DNA of 64,000 nucleotides from Monocercomonoides exilis PA203 (Eukaryota > Protista > Preaxostyla), in contig LSRY02000013.1 of NCBI GenBank assembly GCA_001643675.2, forward strand, positions 744,001-808,000, in the 5' to 3' direction. The translations under genes were made by a program, and so were the position numbers. The number at the start of each line of letters is the position of its first letter. Position 1 is the stretch's first letter. The notes below the pieces were generated by a model. It did no database searches, was not told where the DNA came from, and saw nothing but the letters and a program-made list of their open reading frames with translations. Positions 39,492 to 51,540 of this stretch are shown here, in pieces.

Positions 39492-42400
39492 AAAGATGCA
39501 ACAATAAGAAACATCATTTTTGGTATTCACAAAGATTACAGATTGTAACAAATAGATATATTTAGAAATAAATATATAATTTCAAAACAGTCATAAAAGC
39601 ATCTTTGATCACACCTCTTTGTTTGACATTGATGGATTTGTCAAGTTGTTGGAAGTGAAACAATGATTTGCTACTTATATTATTTAATAATGGAGGTGAC
39701 GATCATATTTTTAAACATTTATTCCTCAAATGAAAGATCGCCCAATGAAATGTTGCAAAACATTTGCATGAATTTTATAATACTGCTTTTTATTTTTTCC
39801 TTGCTGTTCATTGAAAATAAAATTGTCCTGAAGAACAAATCAAAAACATTTCAGAAATATTGAAGGTGAACAACTGAATTTTTGTGTCTTTTTTAATGAT
39901 GAAATAAATATGGAAGATTTTTCTGTCCATCCCTTTTTCAAACTCAGAGAACTGATGAATGATAAATCACAGCAATTTATTCTTTGCATAGTCAATGAAA
40001 ACCGAAAAAGGGAAAAGGCACATGACAAATGGCAGACAGATAAATGAGTAAGGTGTTTATGGATTGAAGAATTAAATGAATTAAAAGCAAAACAAGAAAG
40101 GTGATGATGGAAATGGAAATTGATTTGAAAAGAATATGAAAAAAGAAGAAAAAAGGAATAAGAGACTGTTGGAAAGCGACAAAACTGGGAAACAAGACAA
40201 CGAAAATCAAAGATTTGATCAACCAATCAAAAATACAGAAAAACATTTTGCTGGTTTGATTTTCAAAATGAAAGTGGGAAATAAGGACATTTTTAAATAA
40301 TGTGGAAGCAACTCACATTTTAAATATCATCAGGAAAGATTGTGTTTGAAGCATTTGGAAAGATGTGCCTGAATTTTTGATTGTTGCCCTTGCCGATATC
40401 TCGATTTCATGTTTGAGCAACACTTTCATCGAAAAAGCATCTTTTGTCAAAAGAAAGTTTGTGAACGAAAATGGTCAATAAAAATCATTTGAATAAATGA
40501 ATATAATATTGAAATCTCAAAAGAATTATCCAAGCAATAAATCAGGTGACATTCATGTTCAGAGATTATTTTCTTCTTCTCACACTCTTGATGTTCCCAA
40601 CAATCTTTAATGAGAGCCAATCATTAAACTTTTTTTATCAACTTCTATTCATCTTGTTGAATACATTCTTCAAAGGAGAGAAAGAGTGTTTGTGAGCTCT
40701 TATATTGCACGGCAGAAGAAAAAGCATTGAAACAACTGGAGGTGCTGTTGACTATTCTTTCTTTGAAATATCACCAATTGAAAAAGTCTGTTCCATTTGG
40801 GAAGCCGTTATTGTTTGCGTTTGTCAATGTGATTTTTTTATGAGAAACATAACAGTCAAAGGATGTTGATGGAAATGTTGATTGTTTGAGTCCCCTTTTT
40901 CTTTTCTTTTTGTTTGTCTGATTACTGGCCATTCCACAAAAACACTGTAACAAATATCTAATGGTTTTTTGAGACTAACATGGAGGCTTGGTCCCTCTCA
41001 TGATTTTTGTGTATCAAACATGGACAACAATGAATTTGTGATAACATTCAAGATAAAACAATTCCATGTATGTGATCAGAGAGAAAAAGGAAAACAATCA
41101 CAATTAGTTTTGTTTGGATTAAAAATGGTGATAAATGATGAAATGATAACATTTGTGGGAAAATGTGAAAAAAACAGAACAAATCAAACAAAAAGAAAAA
41201 GAGAAAGCTCATCGGTTCTGAGCGCACATTTGAAATGCAGAAGGAAGTCAATGAATCAAACATATGCTGATTTGAATTGTTTGAAATTGGTTTTTATTTT
41301 CTATGAAAAAAAAGCTTTACAGCACTTTTGACGAAATAAATTGCTTTTTCAATTTGATTCACAGGTTTAGTGCGCCTTTTTCCTTGACATGCTCATAGTT
41401 ATTTCTTCTCTTAAAACAATATTAGTTTTTTTTTTTAATTCAGAACGTGTTTCGCCTGTGATGTTTGCATTTGGAACAATTTTATTTTTATTTCAATAGA
41501 TATTTATGAAAGAGTTGAAAGTGAAATGTGTCAGACGAAAACAGTTTTTTCATGTTGTCAATCAACAAGTATATTGCTCATATATCTTCACATTGTCATG
41601 AAAAATAAAAAATTGGCTGAGATCCCCTTTGAGACATCCTTTGAACTTCAAACTCTGTGATTGGATGTGAGTGCAAAAAAAAATAGTGATAAACACTAGG
41701 TGGATTGATTCAGATACTCAAAAAAGCTTTTTCATTCCTATTTAATCCCATTATTTTCCTCTTTTTCAAGATTGGTTGCTCAAAAACAGATTCTGATATT
41801 TTGAAAATAAAAGGAAGATATTACATCATTTGTAAAATCTGAAAAACAAATGGAATCAGCTCACTCCTCAACTTTCACATTCCCTCATCAAAAACAATGG
41901 TTGAAGTGCTATTGAGCAAGAATCACAAAATGAACTGATTTCTAGAACTCCTTTCTTTCAAACATCTGATGGACAACTGTTTTAGAAACACAACAATCTG
42001 GTATATTTCATTTCTTGCTCTATTTTCATGTCATTCGATTATTCACTCTCAAATAATGCGTCATCTCCATCCCTCAATGAATAACATCTAATCACATTCT
42101 CAGTTGATATTCACTTTATTTGCAAAGTGTCAATCACAAAACTCTTTCTGTGTGTCTCTGTTCAGTCATGTTCAACAATCGATAAGCTTTTCCAAGAGAT
42201 GCTTCTGATGAATGTGATCGACTCCTTTTTCACGCAAGCAGCAAGCGAACAACAATCATAAGACACATCTCTTCATCTTCCTCTTCATCTTTCTTCTTCG
42301 CTCATCAACTGTTGCATGCAGAATCAGATGAACTTTGTGTGTGAAAGAAAGTGAGTATATCCAGTGGTGGTTTGTTATTTATGTGATGACGAGACAATTC

Positions 42401-43785
42401 TTCTCATTGTGTTGTTGGAGATGATGAGAGTCAGAAGCGAAGAAGAAGCAGAAGAAGAAAAGCGAAATCCATTGGTGGAAGAAAAGCAACTGAAGATACA
42501 TTATAAAAAGAAATTGGATAGAAAGAAATGGGAGAGTTTTGGGTGAAGGAAGAGCAAAGAGGATGGAGAAAAAAATCAGATCATTTGACCAGGATACGAG
42601 AAAGAGAAGATGAGATTGAGTCATTTATTGTTTTTGACTGTATTTGTTTAATCAATAATTCCATTTTCATTAATTTTTTGGAGTTGTTGAGTCTCACAGC
42701 TTGAATTGTGATTTTGTTACTCTTTTTGAGTTGGAGAAAAAACTTCAAAAATATTCTTTCTCAAATAGTTATAGAAATCAAAATAATTATTAATGAATGA
42801 CAGATAATTATTTTTGTTTGAATTAATTAAAGTGTCAGACTTTGTTTTTTTCTGGCTTATTTGGAATGTTTGATTTGCTTTGGAGTTATTTCTCAGATAA
42901 GTTAAGAACAGATGAAAAAGTGGAATTTGAAAATTATTTGTCTCTGAGATCTCTCAAAGGATTGTCAGAATCTGTTTGTTTGCAGCAGAAACATGCTTGA
43001 TGAATTATCGTGATGCATTTTATATTCATTTGTTGAAGGAATTGAAAAATGATATTTCTTCTCCAAAAATTCAGTGGATGAATACAAACATGAAATGAAT
43101 TTGAAATACAAACAACTGAATTATAAAAAGTCTTGTGAGGAACATGAATATATACACATGTGAAGAACAAAAAATAACGAAAAAGGCTGGCTATCACAAA
43201 AATGAAGAACGAAAACAAATGTGAGAAAAAGCTAATTCAACTGGAATTCTTTGAACAGAATTGAAACAAAACGGAGCAATACAAATTCAAATGGTGAAAA
43301 CTTTTGGAAAAAAAAAATTGTGATAATTTCAATATTTGTCTCTGCAAGAAGCAGCTGAAGCTATATATAGAAGCCAGAGTTACAACTTCTTTGAAAATAG
43401 CAAGGATTCAGAAAACAAAAGAAAACAATACATTTCAAAATTGATAAACTTCAAAAAAAATGATGAAAAATCTTATTCATTCACCAAAAATAACAAAAGC
43501 CAGCAAATATAATTTTATAGAACAACTATTATCATAATTCACAGTTGTGGCAACGCCATCCGCATGATTGCCACACTGCTTTTTTCCTTTTCCTTTTTCT
43601 TTTTCATGATATTCCTTTTTATTTCTTCGCTCCTTATTCATCCCGCTGCTTCCTTTGTCCTGCTTTAAGAATATCGTCAAAAATTCATTTTGTCAATTAA
43701 TCAGCAATGAACTCGAACAGAAACCACCACTTCCAACATCCACATATGGTGAATGCTTTCTATTCTCAGTCTGTGCGTGATCATC

Positions 43786-46700
43786 TCACTCCTTCATTAA
43801 ACCAAGAATGCTCCCTTCTGATATTGTCCCGCTTGCCCTGTTTCCATTGTCTGTCTCTCTGCTGATGTCTATCGCATCTGAAACATTGAGCATCACAGCT
43901 CCAGCTGGGAAATGTTGGATGAATTCTCTTTTCAGCTCAACAAGCGTCGGCCTGCTTCTGCCCTCTTCCAACAAGCACCTCTCCGAAATCGCTCCCATTG
44001 ACAGCTCTCGAATGCATTCAACTTTTGGTCTCTCTCCATTCACCATTTTCTGCCCAGCCACCTCCGCTTCATACTCTCCAAACGGGATCTGGAGCATCAG
44101 GCACTCCCACAGCATCATCCCGATCGAGAATGAAACCGACTCTTTTGATGCTCCCATGTTCTTATTGATCTGCAGCTCTGGCGCCTTCCACCTCAAACAC
44201 TCTTTTTTGAAGCTATCTTCATTTTCGAAGGCGGATGAAGGCAAAGAGTCATCATCATCATCATCATCGATTGCAGACGTGACAACAGTTGATGAAGAGA
44301 TGGATGATGAATCTGAACTATCATCTGAAAATAAATCAGAATGCATGATGATGCAGATGACCATATGTTCTGAGAATAGCACGATGTGAGGGCTCAGATT
44401 GGCAAGTGACTGAAGCTTGTTTTCCATCTCATCAAAGGAATGAAGCGCGAGATTAGCCACCCAGAACAGGATTTGGGCAGCCGAGACTTCCCTTTCTTGA
44501 AGAGTACCAATCGGCATTTCCTTTGTCTTATTCCTTCCATGCAGCATCATGAACAGCGAATCCCTCAGATCCACAATCAGCTTCTCATGAGGAGATGAGC
44601 ATGCCATTGCATCCACCAGATTCGACATCGATGAGGTGGTTGGACACAAACTCTCCGACCGAACAAATGTTGAATCTGAATCAGTTGTTGAAGTGGATGA
44701 TATTGATGGTGATGGAGTCTGCTTTCGAATTTCCTCTTCCTCATCTTTCTCCAGCATCCATTCTGGAATCTTTTCTGAATCTTTCCCCAGAATGTATTCT
44801 GTCGAACCACTTTCAGAGAGGAGATGCTCTGAAGACTCGGAATGCCCCAAGCTTTTCTCGTACACCCTCTTCTTGATCCTCTCTTCGTTATTCTTCTCTG
44901 CCTCTCTTTCTGCTCTCCTCCACTGCTCCTCAGGTGACATCTCCATTGTTGTCATTTCAATCAGCTTTGGATCCTTTTTCACTGTATCATTCACAATCTC
45001 TTCTAATTCCTCTGTCCTTCTCTTTTGCTTTTTCCATCTAATTGTAGAAATAACCGCAATAATTAAAATGAGGAGAAGGACGAAAGCCATAATAACAACA
45101 ATCAACAACCAATACGATTTTCCTTCTTTTCCTCCTTCGGAAATCCATTCATCTCCATTCACCTTGGACTCACTTCTGTTCTTCAGAATCTGTGGAGAAG
45201 TGGATGCCAATTGTTTTCCAAACAGAATCATCACAGATACCTCTGTTTCATTTGCAATCTTTGAAATAATTTCTAATGGGATTCTTCCAATCACTGAGCT
45301 TTCTGATATAAAGCCATCTTCTTCAAACTGATATGTCTCAACCAATTCCACATCTCCTGTTTTATACACAAGTCTGAATGACAAGTCACATGGCACAAAA
45401 AGAGATCCCTTGAATTTTATTGAAACATTGTTTCCATTTTCAATGAGAGATGCCTCTTCGAGCTTTGGAATGAAGAAAGGAGATGGCCTTTCTCCTGCTA
45501 TTCCACCAACAGTGCATCCATCATTCAGAATCCAAAGAGATGAATTGGACATCAATCCATCTCCTCCTTTCAAGCTGGAAATGGTCAGTGAAGCAGAATC
45601 TGAGCAAATGATGTTTCGACGAAGAGAGGAATATTTCTGAGCAAAAGGATTGTTGTTGAAGAATTCTCCTTTCTCTATTGTCACATTGCCAGCAGATATG
45701 GATAATCCTCCTGACGAAGAATTCGATATTGTCACATAATTCATTATCAGCGAAGTATTCGCTGAATGAACAAGTGATCCATTCCATTCGCATATTTCTT
45801 CAAAAGAATTAATTCTGTCACTTTCCCTTTCTTTCTCAAGAACTCCAATAAATCGACACAACTCCAAAAAAACATTCGTTGAATTGCTCACCTCCACAAC
45901 ACTTCCTTTTTCAGACAATGAAATACAATTCGTGCAAGTGCAGTTTGAAAGAACTATTTGAGCAGAAGTTGAAGAAACAGAGAGAACAGAAGGACCTCCT
46001 GAATTCCTTGAGCAGTTGTTGAATGAGGAGATTCCAGTCGAAATTGTTCCTGAATTCGAACCATGAACCGCAATGATGCAGCCTTCAGATAGCTCCGCTT
46101 CATCAGCCACAACCCAATTAAATGCAATTTCTTTGCACTGCCCAATCTCAAATACATTTGATGTTGATTCAATCTGTTCCAGTTTGAAATTTGTGATGTT
46201 AATCTCATCTCCATTTAGCAGAAAAGATGGTTTCTTGAACGAAAGGAGTGACACTGAGCAGTTGTCAACATGAAGAATTCCATTTGCAATGCTCAGCAAA
46301 GTTGAGTAGAGAGCAACAGATGGAATGCTGTTTGACTCCACAACTGAAGAAAAATCAACAAATGAAAGAGAAAGCTGTCCATTTGCTTCGTGGATAATTG
46401 AACTTCCAGAATAATAAAATGACTTGCCGAAGGAAAACTTCACATTCTCAATCCTCACTTTCTCTAACGTTGTGATTAGATTTCCTTCGCTGTTAGCTAT
46501 TGTTGAGTTCAGATGAACCAAAGCGGTTGAAGGAGATTCCAGCGAGTGTATGCTGACATTCTGAGCACTGCATTCCCCAACAACAACTGTTTCCTTTGAT
46601 ATTAGCAGCTGCGAATATGATGAAGGAATGATGTGTTGAACTCCCATATCCAATGATTGACATGGCGCATTGAATTCTCCGCATTGCTTGCTGTCTGCGT

Positions 46701-49700
46701 GATTGTCTGCAACAGAAGACACGAATATTGTCTCACTCTGGTATTTCACAACCCTCAGCAGAAGATCTTCTTCCCCAATAAACGAATCTGTTGCGCAGCC
46801 CCACATTGCAAGCTCCTTCACAAAAGGTGCTCTGAAATCCAGCAAGAATTGCTCTTCAACAATTTGTGTTTCAATTGAGTGGCATCTCACATACACATCT
46901 TTCCCTCTCAATGCCGAGTTGTCTTTGAATGTGATATTGGATAACACAAAATTCAGAGGTTGCTCAACTGTCGAGGTGCATTCCAGAAAAAGCCAGCCGC
47001 CTCTTCCAATGGTGGAGCAGAAGCACTCAGAAATCGTGCAAAATGAGCAGTCGAAGCTTCCTCCCTCATTCAACTCACAAAACATCCCTCCTCCCTTTCC
47101 ACACTTCAACCCTCCGCACTTCTTCATCGTTGTGTTTCTTATAATCATTTTCAATGGCTCATCATTTTCATTCCGAATGATCGGAATATCATCTGTCGTG
47201 TTCTGAGTGACTTCTTCGAATGAACTGCACTCAATTACAACATCTTGTTCTACTTCATTTCTCTCTCTTCTTGAACTCTTTGATATGCTCAATCCACTTG
47301 CTCCCTCCAGCTCAACATTATTCATCGTCAAGTTTTTGATACTCAAAATCGTTGATGATAGCAAAGAAATAATATCTTTTGAAAAGCAAAGTGATTGTAT
47401 TTCCACAAATTCTAATTGAACAGTTCCTCCATCTGCTCTGATCAACCCAATGCTGATTATTTCTTCTTCTCCACTTTCTTCATTTTTTGTGAATGAACAA
47501 TCTTTCACAGTCAATAATCCATCGCTTGCACCTACATGCATCAGGACATTAACTCCACTTGTGAATGAAGATGGAATCACAAAGTTCATCAGTTCGAAAT
47601 TAGTAATGCCCTGAATCTTTATTGCTTCTTTCTCTGTTCCTTCAAGGAACGTGAGACATTCCAAATAGCACATTTCTTTATCGTCTGATTTTATAGAAAC
47701 TCTGCTGAGATAAACACTTTTTTGGAGAATTCCTTTTCCAATGATGTTAATATTCCTTTCGTTTCCTTCAGGCATCCGATCCAAAGAATAATCAATTGAC
47801 ATACAAGGATAATCTGAGAATCCACAGGCACCCATATCTCTTCCTTTGTCTCCAATAAATATCTCCGATCCCAGTGTGAACCAGAAAAAGACAAGTGGAA
47901 TGGTAATCGTTGTGTCACTTCCATCAAAGCCTCTCATGGAATTTAATGAAATATCATCCAGATTCTCTGATACAAATGGAAGTGAAGTGTTTGTGATGCT
48001 CTTTGTCAAGTTGGATGACTCAACAAACAGGTCATTTCCAAATTTCGCAACATTTGGTTTTTCTGAATCAAAAATAGGGGATGATATCACAAACGAAGAA
48101 TCATCATCAATTAACTTCAGTGCCATTCCTCCTCCAAAGCCAGTCTTCCCTTTTTCTCCAGTTGGTGCTGTGCATCCTGTGAATGTGCATGAAATGACAT
48201 TCATTTGAATGCTCCCTTTCAACTGAGCATTGATAACCCCTCCTCTGCTTCCATCATTCAGCACAGAGCATTCATCAAAAATGCATTCTTCAATATTTAT
48301 TTGTGTGTTCCTATTTTCATCATCGCTGTTGTCAACGCTAACACAGCTTCCACTTCCAGCTGCTCTTTCAATTTCTGAAAAAGTGCAGTTCGTCATGTTC
48401 AGCCATTTGACGCTCATTGACCCGTCCTTTGTTCCACTTCCAGACAATGAGATCAATGGATTTCCACTCAAGTCAATCGATGAAGCAGAAAACGAATCAA
48501 TATATAAGGTTCCAGACTCAATAGTTAAGAATAGAAATGAAATTTCTGATGAAGTTCCTTGAAGAATCAAAGAACAATGAGACAAAGTCAGTTGCGAAGA
48601 AGAAGAAATAAAAATGGAGTGTGATGAAAGAGAAGGAGGAAGAGAAAAGATAAGTGTTGATAATTCTGTTTCAGCACTTGCTGTTATCATCGCTGAATTG
48701 GAAATTGAACTTGCATCAGACACCGTCCAACCACTTTGATCATCATTTCCTCGGATTTCATGCTTCTGTTCATCAAATGCCAATTCATCGCTCATAGAAA
48801 TCATTCCACTCACAACAACTTTCTTTGTTCCTGTAAGCCGAGAAAGTGAATGTTTCAGAGTCAAACAAGGGAACTGGATGATTCCACAATGAGAATGGTC
48901 AGATGCCTCAGAATTTCTCACATAGATTTCTTTCGGATCAGGAAGGAGATAGACGCACAGTGGGATTGCCACACTCGTATTTCCATTGTCATATCCTCTC
49001 ACTTTGTCAAATGAATCCAAAGAGGCTGTCACATATGCAATCTTTTTTGATTTTGCAGTCATTTCCAGATTTGGTGAAAAGACGAAGATATCGCTTCCCC
49101 ACTTGGCTGTGTTTGTTCCGAATGAAGAGGAAATCAGGAAATTGGGATTTTCATTCATCAATTGAAGAAGGATTCCTCCGCCAAGACCATTGGAAGAAGA
49201 ACAAAAGCATCCATCAAAGGTCCCGCCTTCAACTTTCACTTCATTTGCATCCCCAGCACACAGCATCATCGATCCTCCATTTTCCGAACATGTGCTTCCA
49301 CATCCCAAAAATGAACAAGAATCCAGATCGATGTTTGCCTTATCATTTGAAAACGACATCACAGATGCTCCGCTGGTTGTTCTTTCAATCCCATCAAAAT
49401 CACATTCTGAAAGTGTCAATGAGATCTCATTTGTTGAAGAAAGAAAAAACAACGAAACAGTGGAAATTGTCTTTGCCCAGTTCACATTTTCCATTTGAAA
49501 CATCCCACTCTGAACATTTATCAGTCTGGTGATGAACGCTGTTTCTGAAGATTGTCCACTTCCAGCAGATATGTTCAGTCCACTAATATGCATCTCTCCT
49601 GCTCCTGTAATCTCAAACAGCCTTGACCCACGGTTATTCGGATGAACCGAGTCATGCACAAGGATAAAATCTCTGACAGTCAATGTGCCAGCTGATACAG

Positions 49701-51540
49701 AAAAAAGAGACAAACCAGATGCTTCAAATTCTATTTGAACTGTTGTGCTCAAATCCCTTTGGCCATATATTGTGTAAGTATTGTCACAGCAGTCCATACT
49801 TTTGGTCTCTGCAATCGTTCCCGCGAGTATCTCAATATCGGTTACAGCATTGGGAATCAGCTGAGTGAGACAGCGGCTGATAGTGCAGCATGGATGGCTT
49901 TTATCCAGTCCACATGCATATGTATCAATGGCATTCGGCTCTGTTTGTACAGAGGATGCAAATCTTACTCTTCCAAAATCGTTTCGAAGCCATTCGCTTT
50001 TTTCAAAAACAGAATATAAGTTTGTACTAACTCTGTTTGATGTATTTCTTGTTGAATAGCAAGTGGAATCAATGTTGTTTGATGTCGAATTATGGAGAGC
50101 AATATCATGACCCCCTGTTACGCATGTATTATTATGGAAAAAGCAGTAATAAAACAATGTTCCATTATTGTAACTATTAATTAATATGCCAACAGCACCT
50201 CCTCCATGTATTGAAAAGCAATTGTGGAATAGACAATTTGACATAATAACTTGATCTGTGCAATTCCAATGCTCTATGGCTCCTCCTGCAGACGCTGTTG
50301 AATTATTTGCTGTGCAAGAAACAAAAATGGAATTTGTAACACATTTTTTCTGTCTTTGAGTTTTTGTTACACGTAGATCAATTGCTCCTCCATCGTTGCC
50401 AGAAAAGCAATTTTGAAAGGAGCAATCATCAACCATTGTCTGGACATAAACATATTCTGATGAAATTCCACCACCACCATAGTCAGTGGTTGCTGCTGCG
50501 GAACATTGGAAGAATGTAGTATGGAGCACAATGCATTCAGCGATATTCAAAGCATATATTCCTCCGCCTCTTGTTGAAGAAGCATTGCATCGAGTAAATG
50601 ATGAATTTTCAACTCTAAGGATGGCTTTTTCATTGTCATGAACATAAATGGCACCTCCTTGTTCGGCTGTGCAATCAGTCCATTCACATAAAGAAAATGA
50701 TTGGCTTGCTGTTGAATTAATTTGTCCTTTTTTCTGAAGAGCATTTGCCTCTCTTTTCCCGTTGCATATTGATGTGTTTTTGCAGACGAATTCTTGTGAA
50801 GAAAATGATCCACTCGAAATTCCCCCTTCAAAAACATTAACAGAAGAATAAAGGAGGCAGTTCTCCATTGAACTCAAGCAACATGAATGATCCATTTGGT
50901 AATCACTGTAATTGTCTAATTTCACTGACATGTTTCTGAAGGCACAATGATCAATCTGTTCTCTTTTGCTCTTTCCAGACAGCAGGAAATAGTCTGATGA
51001 TGAAACGGTCAGATCTGCAACGATGGAATTTCTCAAAACAGCAATATTTGAATCATCAGATGAAAATATGAGGCTGGAAGGGCAAAGATTCTTTTGGGGG
51101 ATCAAACTCATATTTATGAAACAGATTGCCCCGCTTTGCAAAAGAAACGGAGATTCCGATTTTTGGTGGGAAATGCAGGAATCCAACATCAAATTCGACT
51201 TACCTGTTATTAGCACACATGCTGAAGAAGAATGTTCAATTGCCACATTTTTCAGTCCAACTGTAGAATTGTGCAATCCCAAAAATGTGTTCTTCACTGT
51301 AGAAAGTCTTGACTGGTATCTTTTCACTTCCGACAATGCATTCTGCTCAAATAAGTAATTAACATCAGTCTCTGACAGATATTGTGCATCATTTGAATAA
51401 CCTGAACACAAATAAAGAGAATTATTGAAAAAATAACAATTCGAAAGAATACCTTTGTTTTGAAATGTGGCACTTCCAGAGACATATTGTGCTTCAAATG
51501 CCTTCTCAAAAATCAAACATGCAAAAAGGAACAAAAGCAT
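43786..51540 (-). CDS. Giant single-pass receptor-like protein: signal peptide, pectin-lyase-like beta-helix ectodomain, TM helix and pseudokinase C-lobe
   Basis: ATG at 51540 gives the signal peptide MLLFLFACLIFEKAFEA. The ectodomain has repeated GGAI/FxxC motifs and four CGxxxxPC modules. The TM segment WLLIVVIMAFVLLLILIIAVISTI is followed by RWKKQKRR. Kinase C-lobe remnants are LRWKAPE, SFSIGMMLWECL..QIPFGE and RPTL. The gene is intronless. Confidence 0.85.
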   Translation of the reverse strand: MLLFLFACLIFEKAFEAQYVSGSATFQNKGILSNCYFFNNSLYLCSGYSNDAQYLSETDVNYLFEQNALSEVKRYQSRLSTVKNTFLGLHNSTVGLKNVAIEHSSSACVLITGKSNLMLDSCISHQKSESPFLLQSGAICFINMSLIPQKNLCPSSLIFSSDDSNIAVLRNSIVADLTVSSSDYFLLSGKSKREQIDHCAFRNMSVKLDNYSDYQMDHSCCLSSMENCLLYSSVNVFEGGISSGSFSSQEFVCKNTSICNGKREANALQKKGQINSTASQSFSLCEWTDCTAEQGGAIYVHDNEKAILRVENSSFTRCNASSTRGGGIYALNIAECIVLHTTFFQCSAAATTDYGGGGISSEYVYVQTMVDDCSFQNCFSGNDGGAIDLRVTKTQRQKKCVTNSIFVSCTANNSTASAGGAIEHWNCTDQVIMSNCLFHNCFSIHGGGAVGILINSYNNGTLFYYCFFHNNTCVTGGHDIALHNSTSNNIDSTCYSTRNTSNRVSTNLYSVFEKSEWLRNDFGRVRFASSVQTEPNAIDTYACGLDKSHPCCTISRCLTQLIPNAVTDIEILAGTIAETKSMDCCDNTYTIYGQRDLSTTVQIEFEASGLSLFSVSAGTLTVRDFILVHDSVHPNNRGSRLFEITGAGEMHISGLNISAGSGQSSETAFITRLINVQSGMFQMENVNWAKTISTVSLFFLSSTNEISLTLSECDFDGIERTTSGASVMSFSNDKANIDLDSCSFLGCGSTCSENGGSMMLCAGDANEVKVEGGTFDGCFCSSSNGLGGGILLQLMNENPNFLISSSFGTNTAKWGSDIFVFSPNLEMTAKSKKIAYVTASLDSFDKVRGYDNGNTSVAIPLCVYLLPDPKEIYVRNSEASDHSHCGIIQFPCLTLKHSLSRLTGTKKVVVSGMISMSDELAFDEQKHEIRGNDDQSGWTVSDASSISNSAMITASAETELSTLIFSLPPSLSSHSIFISSSSQLTLSHCSLILQGTSSEISFLFLTIESGTLYIDSFSASSIDLSGNPLISLSGSGTKDGSMSVKWLNMTNCTFSEIERAAGSGSCVSVDNSDDENRNTQINIEECIFDECSVLNDGSRGGVINAQLKGSIQMNVISCTFTGCTAPTGEKGKTGFGGGMALKLIDDDSSFVISSPIFDSEKPNVAKFGNDLFVESSNLTKSITNTSLPFVSENLDDISLNSMRGFDGSDTTITIPLVFFWFTLGSEIFIGDKGRDMGACGFSDYPCMSIDYSLDRMPEGNERNINIIGKGILQKSVYLSRVSIKSDDKEMCYLECLTFLEGTEKEAIKIQGITNFELMNFVIPSSFTSGVNVLMHVGASDGLLTVKDCSFTKNEESGEEEIISIGLIRADGGTVQLEFVEIQSLCFSKDIISLLSSTILSIKNLTMNNVELEGASGLSISKSSRRERNEVEQDVVIECSSFEEVTQNTTDDIPIIRNENDEPLKMIIRNTTMKKCGGLKCGKGGGMFCELNEGGSFDCSFCTISECFCSTIGRGGWLFLECTSTVEQPLNFVLSNITFKDNSALRGKDVYVRCHSIETQIVEEQFLLDFRAPFVKELAMWGCATDSFIGEEDLLLRVVKYQSETIFVSSVADNHADSKQCGEFNAPCQSLDMGVQHIIPSSYSQLLISKETVVVGECSAQNVSIHSLESPSTALVHLNSTIANSEGNLITTLEKVRIENVKFSFGKSFYYSGSSIIHEANGQLSLSFVDFSSVVESNSIPSVALYSTLLSIANGILHVDNCSVSLLSFKKPSFLLNGDEINITNFKLEQIESTSNVFEIGQCKEIAFNWVVADEAELSEGCIIAVHGSNSGTISTGISSFNNCSRNSGGPSVLSVSSTSAQIVLSNCTCTNCISLSEKGSVVEVSNSTNVFLELCRFIGVLEKERESDRINSFEEICEWNGSLVHSANTSLIMNYVTISNSSSGGLSISAGNVTIEKGEFFNNNPFAQKYSSLRRNIICSDSASLTISSLKGGDGLMSNSSLWILNDGCTVGGIAGERPSPFFIPKLEEASLIENGNNVSIKFKGSLFVPCDLSFRLVYKTGDVELVETYQFEEDGFISESSVIGRIPLEIISKIANETEVSVMILFGKQLASTSPQILKNRSESKVNGDEWISEGGKEGKSYWLLIVVIMAFVLLLILIIAVISTIRWKKQKRRTEELEEIVNDTVKKDPKLIEMTTMEMSPEEQWRRAEREAEKNNEERIKKRVYEKSLGHSESSEHLLSESGSTEYILGKDSEKIPEWMLEKDEEEEIRKQTPSPSISSTSTTDSDSTFVRSESLCPTTSSMSNLVDAMACSSPHEKLIVDLRDSLFMMLHGRNKTKEMPIGTLQEREVSAAQILFWVANLALHSFDEMENKLQSLANLSPHIVLFSEHMVICIIMHSDLFSDDSSDSSSISSSTVVTSAIDDDDDDDSLPSSAFENEDSFKKECLRWKAPELQINKNMGASKESVSFSIGMMLWECLMLQIPFGEYEAEVAGQKMVNGERPKVECIRELSMGAISERCLLEEGRSRPTLVELKREFIQHFPAGAVMLNVSDAIDISRETDNGNRASGTISEGSILGLMKE

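Noticed and set aside
39840-43700. Short ORFs that might be remnants of the helical or beta-helix families
   Set aside because: Too degenerate to assign by eye.
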